DNA of 39,550 nt from an uncultured Gammaproteobacteria bacterium. GTDB lineage: Bacteria > Patescibacteriota > Microgenomatia > UBA12405. Within the stretch, counting starts at the first letter, position 1, and every line of letters begins with the position of its first letter. Position numbers and translations under genes: made by a program. Below the pieces are notes generated by a model. The model was not told where the DNA came from and did no database searches. It saw only the letters and a program-made list of their open reading frames with translations. This document shows, one piece after another, positions 1 through 9,583 of the stretch. The stretch is taken from contig CAZLAG010000002.1 of assembly GCA_964557475.1 (NCBI GenBank), positions 1 to 39,550 of the forward strand. The letters run 5' to 3'.

Positions 1-35
1 ATTACTTCTATATCAGCTATAATCTTAAATAAGCT

Positions 36-1790
36 ATGTTTTTTAAAAAAATAATTCATCACAAATATTTTTGGCCTATTCTTACTTTTATCCTAATAAT
101 TCCTGCTTTTTCTTTTTTGTTCAAACCAGGATATTACAATATGCATGATGACATGCAAATGATTCGACAACTTGAAATGGAAAAATGTTTAGCTGACGGT
201 CAAATACCTTGCCGCTGGACTCCAGATTTGGGTTATGGTTATGGTTATCCACTTTTCAATTTTTACCCTCCTATGCCTTATATGGTTGGGCAAGTTTATC
301 GAACACTTGGTTTTACTTTTATTAATTCAGTTAAAGCTACTGCTATAACTCAAATTATACTTTCAGCTGCTTTTATATATTTATTATCATCATCAATTTT
401 TGGCCCAATTGGTGGTTTTTTATCATCAATTTTTTATACCTATGCTCCATACCATGCTCTAAATATTTATGTTCGAGGTGCTATGAATGAAGCTTGGGCA
501 GCTGTGTTTTTTCCCTTGATATTTTATTTTTCTCGAAAGTTAGTTTTACAAGGTAAGCTTAAGTATTTATTAGGATTATCTATTAGTTTCACTTGTCTTT
601 TACTGTCACACAATCCCATGGCTCTAACTTTTGTGCCTATTCTATTCGCTTGGGTTTTATTTTGGTTTTTCAGTAAATATCAAAAGCCATTTATTCCTTT
701 CATTAAAAAGAAGCTTCCAATAATTTTAAAATTAGCCTTTTCCGGTCTTTTAGCAGGTGTTTTAGCCGCTTTTTATACTATTCCCGTAATTTTTGAAACT
801 AAACTTGTTCAAATAAATACTATGTTTGAAGGTTATTATCATTTTTCTGTTCATTTTGCCACTCTTTATGAACTTTTTATCAGAAGTTTTTGGGGTGATG
901 GTGCCTCTGTCTGGGGTCCAAATGACGATATGTCATTTTCAATTGGTTACCTTCATTGGATTATTCCAATTTTAATTTTGGGATTTATCATCTGGAAAAT
1001 TATAAAATATCGCCGTCATCTTCGAAAAATTGATCAAAAATATTGGCTTTTAGCTTTACTTATCATTATGGGTTTTATTACTGTATTTATGACCCACAAC
1101 AAATCTACTTTTATTTGGTTACTTTTACCAACCATTCAAAAAATTCAATTTCCTTGGAGATTCTTAAATCATTCAGTTTTTCTTTTTTCATTATCAATTG
1201 GTGGTTTAGCCTTAATTTTAAAATTATTATCAAAAGATTATCTAAAATATTTAATTTTGTCAGTTATATCAATTTTATTGATTATTATTAATGTTTCTCA
1301 TTTCACTCCGGTAACTTATGGTCCTATTACTGACGAACAAAAATTTTCAGGTAAGGCTTGGGTAAATCAAATTACATCAGGTATATATGACTATTTACCA
1401 AAAACCGCCAAAACAGCTGCAAAAAGAGCTGCTAATCCATTTGTTGATGAAGTAGATCCAAATATCAATTATCAAATTGACGATCAAAAACAGGGAAGTA
1501 ATTGGACCTATTTTAAAATTAATCTCAATAAACCATCCAAAATAATTCTTTCTCAACTGGCTTTTCCTAACTTTACAGTAACCGACAACAATCAACCTTT
1601 AGAGTATTCAATTGAACCGGAATTAGGTCGTATCGTTATAAACTTATCTGCCGGTGATCATCAAATTTTTGTTAAATTTGTTGATACTCCAATTAGAACC
1701 GTTTCAAACTATATTTCTTTATTTGGCTGGATATTTGTTTTGTTATTTTTCACTAAACCACTATGGAAACGATTGATTTACAGGAAATAA
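36..1790 (+). CDS. Polytopic membrane protein, GT-C-like glycosyltransferase candidate (PTPS-related / YfhO-like type); paralogue of 19913-21568
   Basis: 584-codon ORF from ATG 36 with many hydrophobic segments. Acidic HDD motif directly after TM1 (KPGYYNMHDDMQMIRQLE), a GYGYGYPLFNFYPP loop, and HNKSTFIW and FPWRF motifs. Roughly 40-50% identical by eye to ORF 19913-21568. A C-terminal ~150-aa non-hydrophobic domain is followed by a terminal TM helix. The family name is recalled, not searched. Confidence 0.7.
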   Translation: MFFKKIIHHKYFWPILTFILIIPAFSFLFKPGYYNMHDDMQMIRQLEMEKCLADGQIPCRWTPDLGYGYGYPLFNFYPPMPYMVGQVYRTLGFTFINSVKATAITQIILSAAFIYLLSSSIFGPIGGFLSSIFYTYAPYHALNIYVRGAMNEAWAAVFFPLIFYFSRKLVLQGKLKYLLGLSISFTCLLLSHNPMALTFVPILFAWVLFWFFSKYQKPFIPFIKKKLPIILKLAFSGLLAGVLAAFYTIPVIFETKLVQINTMFEGYYHFSVHFATLYELFIRSFWGDGASVWGPNDDMSFSIGYLHWIIPILILGFIIWKIIKYRRHLRKIDQKYWLLALLIIMGFITVFMTHNKSTFIWLLLPTIQKIQFPWRFLNHSVFLFSLSIGGLALILKLLSKDYLKYLILSVISILLIIINVSHFTPVTYGPITDEQKFSGKAWVNQITSGIYDYLPKTAKTAAKRAANPFVDEVDPNINYQIDDQKQGSNWTYFKINLNKPSKIILSQLAFPNFTVTDNNQPLEYSIEPELGRIVINLSAGDHQIFVKFVDTPIRTVSNYISLFGWIFVLLFFTKPLWKRLIYRK

Positions 1791-3217
1791 AACACGTAAC
1801 GACAAAAAATGTTTTATTTCTTTCTCTAAGAAATATCGGGATTCAAGCTGTTTCAGTCTTAGGTTATTTTATTTTAACTATTCTTCTTGGTACTGGAGAA
1901 GTCGGTCTTTTTGCTATTGTTTCTGAATCTGTTGGTATATTAGGTTATTTTTCAGATATAGGTTTGGCCGCAGCTCTTATTCAAAAAAAAGATAAGATAA
2001 CTAAAGCTGAACTTCAAACTACTTTTGTCATTCAACAAATTTTAGTTTTTCTATGTCTTATTGCCATAGCAATAATTTTTAATAAAATATCTATTTCAAA
2101 AAATTATGGTTCAAAAGAAACTTGGATTTTTATTTCTCTTTGTTTTTCGTTTTTTGCTGCCTCTCTAAAGACTATTCCTTCAGTTCTTTTAGAAAGAAAA
2201 CTGGATTTTAAAGTTATTTCTACGATAGATATCGTTGAAAATGTCAGTTTTTATTTAATTGCTGTTATTTTTGCTTTTTTAGGTTTTGGAGTTTACGCTT
2301 ACGCTATTGCTACATTTATCAGAAGCTTATTAGGATTAATTATTATTTACGTTAAGAGTCCGTGGCCATTTGGATTTTCTTTTTCCAAATCAGCTGTCAA
2401 AAGTTTATTTAAATATGGTATTCCATATCAACTAAATTCATTTATTTCTGTTGCCAAAGATCGCCTTTCAAATTTAATGGTAGCTGGTATTTTAGGTCGT
2501 GAAGGTTTTGGTATTCTTTCTTGGGCGCAAAAAGGACCTCGAATTCCTTTAAGTTTTATGGATGCAATTATGAGAATAACTTTTCCAACTTTTTCTAGAA
2601 TGCAAGATCATCCAGAAATATTAAAAAAATCATTAGAAAAAAGTCTCTTTTTTATTGCTTTATTTGTTTTTCCCGCTGTAACCGGAATTGCTATGATTTC
2701 TCCAAATATTATCAGTATTATTCCTAAATACACCAAATGGGCTCCTGCCATAATTCCTCTTTATTTTTATGCTATCAACGTTGCCATTGCCTCAATTACA
2801 TCTCCTTTAACCAACGCTTTTAATGCCACTGGTAAAATTTTACTAACAACTAAATTTATGGTCATGTGGACTACTTTAACTTGGATTTTATTTCCAATCC
2901 TTACTATTAAATACGGTATTATTGGTACTTCTGTTGCTACAGTATTAGTTGGAAGTAGCTCAGTTGTTGTTTGGATAGTCGCCCGTCGATTATTTAATGT
3001 TAATGTTGTCAAAACTGTTCTTAAACCATTTATCGGTAGTCTCTTAATGGTATTAATTCTTTTATCAGTTCAGTCTTTACCTTTAAGTTCATTAATGATT
3101 TTTATTACTAAAATTATTTCCGGCATATTAATTTACGGTCTTTACATGTTAGTTTTTTCCCGTCAAGAAATTATTTGGTTTTGGCAACAACTTTTATGTC
3201 TAAAAAACAGAAAATAA
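1763..3217 (+). CDS. MOP-superfamily polysaccharide/oligosaccharide flippase (Wzx/RfbX-like polysaccharide biosynthesis protein)
   Basis: 484-aa ORF from ATG 1763, overlapping the upstream gene by 28 nt. About 12-14 hydrophobic helices. The N-terminal pattern NVLFLSLRNIGIQ...GLAAALIQKKD is typical of Wzx-type polysaccharide biosynthesis proteins. Confidence 0.8.
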   Translation: METIDLQEIKHVTTKNVLFLSLRNIGIQAVSVLGYFILTILLGTGEVGLFAIVSESVGILGYFSDIGLAAALIQKKDKITKAELQTTFVIQQILVFLCLIAIAIIFNKISISKNYGSKETWIFISLCFSFFAASLKTIPSVLLERKLDFKVISTIDIVENVSFYLIAVIFAFLGFGVYAYAIATFIRSLLGLIIIYVKSPWPFGFSFSKSAVKSLFKYGIPYQLNSFISVAKDRLSNLMVAGILGREGFGILSWAQKGPRIPLSFMDAIMRITFPTFSRMQDHPEILKKSLEKSLFFIALFVFPAVTGIAMISPNIISIIPKYTKWAPAIIPLYFYAINVAIASITSPLTNAFNATGKILLTTKFMVMWTTLTWILFPILTIKYGIIGTSVATVLVGSSSVVVWIVARRLFNVNVVKTVLKPFIGSLLMVLILLSVQSLPLSSLMIFITKIISGILIYGLYMLVFSRQEIIWFWQQLLCLKNRK

Positions 3218-4854
3218 TTTTTGTTTTAGTTTTTATATCTTGTTTTTTTATTCAAATTATTCCTGTAATTCGTAGCGGTCTTCAATATAATAATGGTCTT
3301 GGTTTTTGGGGAAGTAATGGCCATGACGCAATTTGGCACCTTAGTTTGATAAATCACATAAAAAATCCATTTAAAATAGAACTTCCAATTTATGCCGGAT
3401 CATTTCTAAAAAATTACCATCCATTTTTTGATATCTTAATTGCTTTTCTTAGTCGAATTAGTCATATTTCTTCATTTACTTGGTATTTTCAAATATTTCC
3501 TATTATTTCTACATTTTTATTATTAATTACTTCTTACATTTTAGGTAAAAAAATATCTCAAAAATTTACCGGTGGAATACTTTTGATGTTTTTTAATTCA
3601 TTCGCCAATTCCTTTGGTTGGATTGTTTCATTGATTAAATCTGGACAAATCAATGGAGAATCTTTATTTTGGGCCATGCAATCTGTTTCCAATCAGTTAA
3701 ATCCACCATTTTTACTTTCATTAATATTAATTAACTTATTACTCATATTAATTATTGATATCAAAACTAAGTCTTCGATTCTAAAAAGTATTATTATCGT
3801 TTTGATTTTAGCTATTAATCCAATTACAAAAGCGTATGGCGGAGTTGCTACTTATTTGATATTCGGATTTTATTCATTATTTATTTTTAATAAAAATAAA
3901 AAACCTTTTTTACTTTTATTAATTTCTTTACCAATATCGTATTTATTTTTTTCAACTTACAATTCTACTTCAACTTCTCTTTTTGTATTCAAACCTTTTT
4001 GGTTTTCAAATACTTTAATAGAAGCAGCAGATAGATTGTATTTTCCTAAAATAGTAAGTATGAGATATAGTCTTGAAGCTAGTGGTTTAATTGGCCCAAG
4101 ACTCATTGCCATTTATTGTTTTTCAATAGCTTTATTTTATTTTGGAAATTTTGGAGTGCGATTATTGGGTATTTTTTCCTTAAAAAAATTTAAGAATGTA
4201 ATTAAACTACCATTACTACTAACCATTATGATAACTGCCATTATTCCCATGGTTTTTATTCAAAAGGGAACTAGTTGGAATACAATTCAATTTTTATACT
4301 ATTCTTTGTTCTTTAGTAATATCTTTTTAACGTTATATTTAACTCAAAAATCTTCTAAGATTATTTCATTTGTAATTATTGTGTTAACAATAATACCTTG
4401 TTATGAAACTTTAAATACTTTTTTATCAAACCCATCACCAGCAGTTTTACCTCAAGATGAAGTAATTGCTTTAAATAAATTAAAAGAATTACCCTCGGGT
4501 ACAGTTTTAACTTATCCTTATGATCAATATAAAAAGAAAAGTATGTCTACTCCTATACCCTTATATGCCTATGAAACTACTGCTTATGTTTCTGCTTTTT
4601 CTCAAAAATCTGTTTTTCTAGAAGACGAAATGAATCTAGATATCACTGGTATTGATTGGAAAAGCCGACGTTTAGAAATTGAAAAGTTTTTTAGTAGCAA
4701 AGACGAATTTTTTACTCGAGGATTTTTAGTTAATAATCAAATTGATTATATCTATTTAGTGAATAATCAAACTTTTTCAATAAATGAATCAAAGCTTCAA
4801 ATAAATCAAATTTATAATCATGGTCAAATTCGAATATATCAAGTTCAAAGATGA
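3196..4854 (+). CDS. Polytopic membrane protein with C-terminal soluble domain; candidate GT-C / polymerase-like enzyme of unknown family
   Basis: The ORF track starts at TTG 3175. ATG 3196 (MSKKQKIIFVLVF...) is the more likely start. It has a TM1 then GHDAIWHLSL...NYHPFFD pattern, resembling the D..H motif after TM1 in ORF 36-1790. There are at least 10 hydrophobic segments and a ~140-aa hydrophilic C-terminal domain (PSPAVLPQDEV...IYLVNNQ). No confident family assignment. Confidence 0.65.
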   Translation: MSKKQKIIFVLVFISCFFIQIIPVIRSGLQYNNGLGFWGSNGHDAIWHLSLINHIKNPFKIELPIYAGSFLKNYHPFFDILIAFLSRISHISSFTWYFQIFPIISTFLLLITSYILGKKISQKFTGGILLMFFNSFANSFGWIVSLIKSGQINGESLFWAMQSVSNQLNPPFLLSLILINLLLILIIDIKTKSSILKSIIIVLILAINPITKAYGGVATYLIFGFYSLFIFNKNKKPFLLLLISLPISYLFFSTYNSTSTSLFVFKPFWFSNTLIEAADRLYFPKIVSMRYSLEASGLIGPRLIAIYCFSIALFYFGNFGVRLLGIFSLKKFKNVIKLPLLLTIMITAIIPMVFIQKGTSWNTIQFLYYSLFFSNIFLTLYLTQKSSKIISFVIIVLTIIPCYETLNTFLSNPSPAVLPQDEVIALNKLKELPSGTVLTYPYDQYKKKSMSTPIPLYAYETTAYVSAFSQKSVFLEDEMNLDITGIDWKSRRLEIEKFFSSKDEFFTRGFLVNNQIDYIYLVNNQTFSINESKLQINQIYNHGQIRIYQVQR

Positions 4855-4871
4855 TAAACTAATCATATCTT

Positions 4872-5807
4872 ATGAAATCTAATCCAACTATTTCAGTCGT
4901 TATCAATGTCAGAAACGAAGCTGAAGATTTAAAAAAATGTTTAAAATCAGTTAAAGGTTTTGCTAACGAAATTATTGTTGTCGATATGAATTCCACTGAT
5001 GGTAGTCAGGAAATTGCCAAATCTTACGACGCTAAGGTCTTCTCGTATAAACCAATGAAATTTGTCGAACCTGCCAGAAACTTTGCTTTATCAAAAGCTA
5101 CTGGTAAATGGATATTATTACTTGATCCAGATGAATATGTCAACAAAACTCTAAAGAAAGAACTTGCCAATATTACCAAAAGAAGTGATATTGATTATGT
5201 CAGAATTCCTCGTCAAAACATGATCTTTGGTAAATGGATTAAACATTCAAATTGTTGGCCTGATTATTTAATTAGATTTTTTAAAAATGGCAGTGTCACT
5301 TGGCAAAAAGAAATTCACAGTCAACCAATTACCAAAGGTAATGGTCTAACTTTATTAGACTCAGATCAATTGGCTATTAAACATAACAATTACGCTTGTA
5401 TTACTGATTTTATAAACAGAGCAGTCCGTTACAGTTCCATTCAAGCTGATGAATTAAATAATCAAGATTACAAACTTAAAGTTAGTGATTTTATTCTTAA
5501 GCCAATTCAAGAATTTAATAGCCGTTTTTTCTTTGCTGAAGGTTATAAAGATGGCTTTCACGGATTAGTGTTTTGTTTACTCCAAGGTTTTGCTATCGGT
5601 CTTATTTATATTAGACTTTGGGAAAAGCAAGGATCTCTTGATAAACCAATTTTAAAAGAATCTTTTGTTTCCGCTTCACAAGAAGCCAATTTTGAATATG
5701 ATCATTGGTTTGTTAAATTTTACAAACAGGAATGTGCCCCTGGACCTTTTAAAAGAATATTAATTCGTGTTCGGCATACTCTTAACTATCTCACCAAAAA
5801 TTTTTAA
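4872..5807 (+). CDS. Family 2 glycosyltransferase (GT-A), WaaE/KdtX-like subtype
   Basis: ISVVINVRNEAEDLKKCL...IIVVDMNSTDGS...LLLDPDE (DxD-type) ...CWPDYLIRFFKNG. Paralogous to 6722-7501 and 26434-27258. Confidence 0.85.
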   Translation: MKSNPTISVVINVRNEAEDLKKCLKSVKGFANEIIVVDMNSTDGSQEIAKSYDAKVFSYKPMKFVEPARNFALSKATGKWILLLDPDEYVNKTLKKELANITKRSDIDYVRIPRQNMIFGKWIKHSNCWPDYLIRFFKNGSVTWQKEIHSQPITKGNGLTLLDSDQLAIKHNNYACITDFINRAVRYSSIQADELNNQDYKLKVSDFILKPIQEFNSRFFFAEGYKDGFHGLVFCLLQGFAIGLIYIRLWEKQGSLDKPILKESFVSASQEANFEYDHWFVKFYKQECAPGPFKRILIRVRHTLNYLTKNF

Positions 5808-5816
5808 AATAAACAC

Positions 5817-6725
5817 ATGAAGACAGTTGCTATTATTATTCTCAACTGGAAACAACCCCAACTTACTGTCGATACGATTGATTCCGTCTTAAAAATAAAA
5901 CATTCAAATTTTGAATATAAAATAATTTTGGTTGATAATGGTTCACCTGATAACTCATTAGATATTTTTAAAGAAAAATATCTAAAAAATAATCATGTAA
6001 AGCTTTTAAATACTAAATCAAATTTAGGTTATGCTGGTGGAAATAATTTTGGTATTAATTATGCTTTAAAAAATAAATATGATTATTTAATGGTTCTAAA
6101 TAATGATGTTTTAGTCGATCCGATGTTTGCTCAAGAATTAGTTGGACAATTAAAAAGATACGATATTGTTGGCCCAAAAATATATTTTGCTCCTGGTTTT
6201 GAATATCACAAAAATCGTTATCAAAAAAATGATTTAGGTAAAGTTATCTGGTCAATGGGTGGTCAAGTTGATTGGGATAATATTTATGGTAGTAATATTG
6301 ATATTGACAAGATTGATCATGGTCAATTTAATGAAATAAATACAAATATAGATTTTATTAGTGGTTGTTGTTTTCTCGCCAAAAATGAGGTTTTTAAAAA
6401 AATAGGTAATTTTGATGAAAATTATTTTATGTATATGGAAGATGTTGATTTTTGTCATCGTGCCAAGTTAAATGGTTTTTCTTTAGCCTGTATTCCCAAA
6501 TCATATATTTGGCATGTAAATTCTGGATCTACTAAAGGCCCAGGTCATTTACAAAATTACTTTATTACTCGAAATAGGATCTATTTTGCTTCTAAGTTTG
6601 CCAAACCAAGGACTAAATTTGCAATTTTTAGAGAATCTTTTAAATTCTTATTTAAATCTTATTGGCAACGTCGTGGAGTAATTGATTTTTATTTAAAAAA
6701 AATGAAAAAGGGGAGTTGGAAATGA
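5817..6725 (+). CDS. Family 2 glycosyltransferase (GT-A), COG1216/rhamnosyltransferase-like subtype
   Basis: VAIIILNWKQ...VDNGSPDNS...LGYAGGNNFG...VLNNDV...SGCCFLAKNEVFKKIGNFDENYFMYMEDVDFCHRAKLNGF. Confidence 0.85.
   Translation: MKTVAIIILNWKQPQLTVDTIDSVLKIKHSNFEYKIILVDNGSPDNSLDIFKEKYLKNNHVKLLNTKSNLGYAGGNNFGINYALKNKYDYLMVLNNDVLVDPMFAQELVGQLKRYDIVGPKIYFAPGFEYHKNRYQKNDLGKVIWSMGGQVDWDNIYGSNIDIDKIDHGQFNEINTNIDFISGCCFLAKNEVFKKIGNFDENYFMYMEDVDFCHRAKLNGFSLACIPKSYIWHVNSGSTKGPGHLQNYFITRNRIYFASKFAKPRTKFAIFRESFKFLFKSYWQRRGVIDFYLKKMKKGSWK
6710..6715 (+). promoter_or_regulatory. Shine-Dalgarno-like GGGGAG, the only clear one seen in the window
   Basis: GGAG ends 6 nt before ATG 6722. I inspected the 15 nt upstream of all other proposed starts and found no comparable purine-rich GGAG/GAGG element. 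Confidence 0.5.
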
Positions 6726-7501
6726 AATTAACCAATCTTTCAATTATCATTTTAGCTGGTAATGAAGAAAAAATGATTGTTGATTGTCTTAAATCATGTT
6801 TTTTTGCTGAAGAAATTATTTTAGTTGCTGCTAATTCTACCGATAATACAATTAACCTTGCTAAACAAACAATTCCATTAATTAAAATAATAAAAACAAA
6901 CGATGGTTACAATCGTAATTTTTCTAAATGGCGTAATTTAGGTTTAAAAAACAGTACAAAAGACTGGATTTTATATATTGATTCAGATGAAAGAGTAGAT
7001 CAATTTCTTCAAAAAGAAATAAGTAAAATTGTTACTAACAAATCACAGTTTTCACACTTTGCCATACCTAGGGCCAATTTTTATTTAGGTAAAAGAGTAA
7101 AGCATGGTGGTTCTTATCCAGATTATGTTATTAGACTTTTCCAAAAAAAATATCTTCATGGTTATCAAGGTATTTTACATGAACAACCCCAAGTCGATGG
7201 TCAAATTTCATATTTAAAATCTGATCTTTCCCATTTTACTCATCGAGATCTTTCTTCAATGCTTCAAAAAACATTAGTTTGGACAGATATGGAAGCAAAA
7301 GCTTTATATGATCATAATCATCCCCCTGTTGTTTGGTGGCGTTTTATTAGAATGATGTTTACCAAAATATGGGAAAGACTTATTAAACAACAAATGTGGA
7401 AAGATGGTACAGTCGGCTGGATCTCTGTTATTTTCGAAACTTTTGATACTTTTTTAATTTACGCTAGGCTTTGGGAAATTCAACAAAAAGCCAAAAAATA
7501 A
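6722..7501 (+). CDS. Family 2 glycosyltransferase (GT-A), WaaE/KdtX-like subtype
   Basis: The track starts at TTG 6716. ATG 6722 is preferred because it is preceded by GGGGAG (6710-6715) with a 6-nt spacer and forms an ATGA overlap with the upstream stop. Motifs: LSIIILAGNEE...NSTDNT...YIDSDE...SYPDYVIRLFQKK. Confidence 0.85.
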   Translation: MKLTNLSIIILAGNEEKMIVDCLKSCFFAEEIILVAANSTDNTINLAKQTIPLIKIIKTNDGYNRNFSKWRNLGLKNSTKDWILYIDSDERVDQFLQKEISKIVTNKSQFSHFAIPRANFYLGKRVKHGGSYPDYVIRLFQKKYLHGYQGILHEQPQVDGQISYLKSDLSHFTHRDLSSMLQKTLVWTDMEAKALYDHNHPPVVWWRFIRMMFTKIWERLIKQQMWKDGTVGWISVIFETFDTFLIYARLWEIQQKAKK

Positions 7502-7516
7502 TGTATTATTAGATTA

Positions 7517-8698
7517 ATGCACAAACGAGTTGCAATATACGATCCTTATTTAGACACATTAGGCGGTGGTGAAAGATACTGCTTAACAGTTGCAGAAATA
7601 TTACTCAAAAATAACTACCAGGTCGATTTGTTTTGGTCAGGAGATAAAACTTTAATTGAAAAAGCCGAAAAAAGATTTTCATTAAATTTAACCGACTTAA
7701 AAATTGTTCCAGATATTTTTGAAATAAAACCACAAAAATTAGAATTAATGGAAGAAAGCCGTATTTTTTCAAAATTTATCACCAGAGTTTTAGATCCTCA
7801 AAAAATTAAATTAAAATTAAAAAAAACCTATCAAAAATTAAAGACAACCAATAAATACGATATTATTTTTTATTTAAGTGATGGCAGTATTCCTTTTTTG
7901 TTTGCCAAAAAAAATTTTTTACATATCCAAGTTCCCTTTGCCAAAAATAGTAGTTATTTAAATAGTGTTTTAGAAAAACCAAAACTTAAATTAATTTCCA
8001 ATGTTATTTGTAATTCTCAATTCACTTCTCGTTTTCAAACCGGTGCTCTAAAAAATAAAACTTTAGTTTTGTATCCACCAGTTGACGTCGATAAATTTAA
8101 AGTTTCACCCAAAAAAGAAAATATTATTTTATCTGTTGGTCGTTTTGATAACATTTTAAATGCCAAAAAACAGGATATTTTAATCGATGCTTTTACTAGT
8201 TTAGTTAAAAATTACAACTTAACAGATTGGAAATTAGTTTTAGCCGGAGGCAGTCTTTTAGATCCCAATAAAAATGTATACTTAAAATGTCTTTTTGAAA
8301 AATCCAAAGACTTACCTGTAAGTTTTTTAATCAATCCACCATTTGATGAACTTAAGAAAATTTATTCAGAATCCAAAATATATTGGCATGCTGCTGGATT
8401 TGAAGTTGACGAAAACGTCCATCCAGAAAATACAGAACATTTTGGTATTACCGTTGTTGAAGCTATGGCCTCAGGTCTAGTTCCAGTAGTTGTGGCTAAA
8501 GGTGGTATACCAGAAATTGTTGAAAATGGAGTTAATGGCTACTTATGGAATTCACTTGATGAATTAGTTAAGAAAACCAAAAAATTAATTGATGATCCAG
8601 AAAGTCTAAAACTTATGTCTCAACAATCTATTATCAACTGTCGATCTTTCTCAAAAGAAAATTTTGAAAAGCGTCTTTTAGCAATTATTGAAAATTAG
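7517..8698 (+). CDS. GT-B fold glycosyltransferase, family 4-like (Glycos_transf_1 type)
   Basis: C-terminal EX7E-type signature EHFGITVVEAMASGLVPVVVAKGGIPEIVENGVNGYLW, plus GGGERY near the N-terminus. Confidence 0.85.
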   Translation: MHKRVAIYDPYLDTLGGGERYCLTVAEILLKNNYQVDLFWSGDKTLIEKAEKRFSLNLTDLKIVPDIFEIKPQKLELMEESRIFSKFITRVLDPQKIKLKLKKTYQKLKTTNKYDIIFYLSDGSIPFLFAKKNFLHIQVPFAKNSSYLNSVLEKPKLKLISNVICNSQFTSRFQTGALKNKTLVLYPPVDVDKFKVSPKKENIILSVGRFDNILNAKKQDILIDAFTSLVKNYNLTDWKLVLAGGSLLDPNKNVYLKCLFEKSKDLPVSFLINPPFDELKKIYSESKIYWHAAGFEVDENVHPENTEHFGITVVEAMASGLVPVVVAKGGIPEIVENGVNGYLWNSLDELVKKTKKLIDDPESLKLMSQQSIINCRSFSKENFEKRLLAIIEN

Positions 8699-8699
8699 T

Positions 8700-9578
8700 A
8701 TGAAAATTTCTGTCATTGTCACTAATTGGAATGGACTTCCACTTCTTCAAAAAAACTTACCTCAGATTATAAAAATGAGTCCAGAAGCTCAGGAAATTAT
8801 CGTTGCTGATGATTGTTCTGAAAGAGATGATAGTGTTGGGTATCTAAAATCACTTCAAAAGAAATATAAAAAATTAAAAATAGTTACTAATAAAAAAAAT
8901 TTAGGTTTTGGAGGTACTTCTAATAAAGCAGTTTCTCTAGCAACAGGGGATTTGGTTGTTTTATTAAATAATGATATTTATCCTCATAAAGATTATATAA
9001 AAAATTCTCTTCATCATTTTTCCGACCCAAAGGTTTTTGGTGTCGGTTTTGCTGAGTATGGTCATGAAAACTGGGCTCGCATTTTTTGGAAAAATGGCTA
9101 TCTTCAACACGAACCAGGAGTAAATGATCAAAAAACTCACATATCTGGTTGGGTCTCTGGGGGCAGTTCTATTATTCGAAAAAATCTTTTTGAAAAATTA
9201 GGAGGTTTTGATTCAATATATCAACCCTTTTATTCAGAAGATTTAGATATTGGATATCGAGCTTGGAAATCAGGTTATACCTTACTTTGGGAACCTACAT
9301 GTGTTGTTGAACACAAACATGAAAGCACAATATCAAAGTTTTCAATAAATTTTTTAAATTATGTCAAAGAAAGAAATCGTCTTCTCAATACCTGGCGTAA
9401 TATTACCGATCCTCAATTGTTATCTCTAAACAAAATTGCTTTAATTGGTAGAATTTTATCAGGGCCAAATTATATAAAAATAATTTTGGCTGCCAAAAGA
9501 CAAACCAAAAAAGCCTCACCACCAATTGTTTTTCCTAAACTTACAGATCAAGAAATATTTGAAAAATTTTCTCATTAA
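8700..9578 (+). CDS. Family 2 glycosyltransferase (GT-A), COG1216-like
   Basis: The track starts at TTG 8688. ATG 8700 lies 1 nt after the upstream stop (MKISVIVTNWNG...). Motifs: ADDCSERDDS, LGFGGTSNKA, LNNDIYP, GGSSIIRKNLFEKLGGFDSIYQPFYSEDLDIGYRAW. Confidence 0.85.
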   Translation: MKISVIVTNWNGLPLLQKNLPQIIKMSPEAQEIIVADDCSERDDSVGYLKSLQKKYKKLKIVTNKKNLGFGGTSNKAVSLATGDLVVLLNNDIYPHKDYIKNSLHHFSDPKVFGVGFAEYGHENWARIFWKNGYLQHEPGVNDQKTHISGWVSGGSSIIRKNLFEKLGGFDSIYQPFYSEDLDIGYRAWKSGYTLLWEPTCVVEHKHESTISKFSINFLNYVKERNRLLNTWRNITDPQLLSLNKIALIGRILSGPNYIKIILAAKRQTKKASPPIVFPKLTDQEIFEKFSH

Positions 9579-9583
9579 AATTC

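Noticed and set aside
18-23. TATAAT hexamer 12 nt upstream of ATG 36 as the promoter of the first operon.
   Set aside because: Only 35 nt of upstream sequence are visible at the window edge. The gene may instead be co-transcribed with an unseen upstream gene, and the hexamer could occur by chance.
231-248. (ggttat)x3 hexanucleotide tandem repeat.
   Set aside because: It encodes the conserved GYGYGY loop of the GT-C-like protein; the paralogue has GYGY with different codons. It is too short to treat as a functional microsatellite.
1043-1291. Short alternative-frame or antisense ORFs in the supplied track: 1043-1291, 1395-1595, 2767-3012, 6252-6458, 16069-16275, 16325-16555, 20701-20904, 30609-30791, 30619-30816, 33614-33913, 34174-34422, 38357-38599 and 38948-39142.
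   Set aside because: Each lies entirely inside a long ORF with clear family motifs. Their translations are low-complexity (I/F/K/N-rich), as expected for open frames arising by chance. None has a recognisable motif or start context.
3175-3195. Upstream TTG-extended starts used by the ORF track at 3175, 6716, 8688, 10342, 13452, 13518, 24791 and 33500, plus the ATG at 13084.
   Set aside because: In each case a downstream ATG (or GTG at 13536) removes a long overlap with the neighbouring gene. It also creates an ATGA or 1-nt junction, or gives an N-terminus matching the paralogues. The longer forms cannot be formally excluded without experimental data.
7819-7826. Homopolymeric A8/T8 tracts inside or between glycosyltransferase genes as slipped-strand phase-variation switches. 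Examples are near 6695, 7819, 13069, 13433, 17580, 20413, 21551, 24183, 31283, 32704 and 34214.
   Set aside because: Runs of 7-8 A or T are expected at this AT content and Lys/Phe richness. None is unusually long, and none is positioned distinctively near 5' ends. Population-level length variation would be needed to revive this idea.
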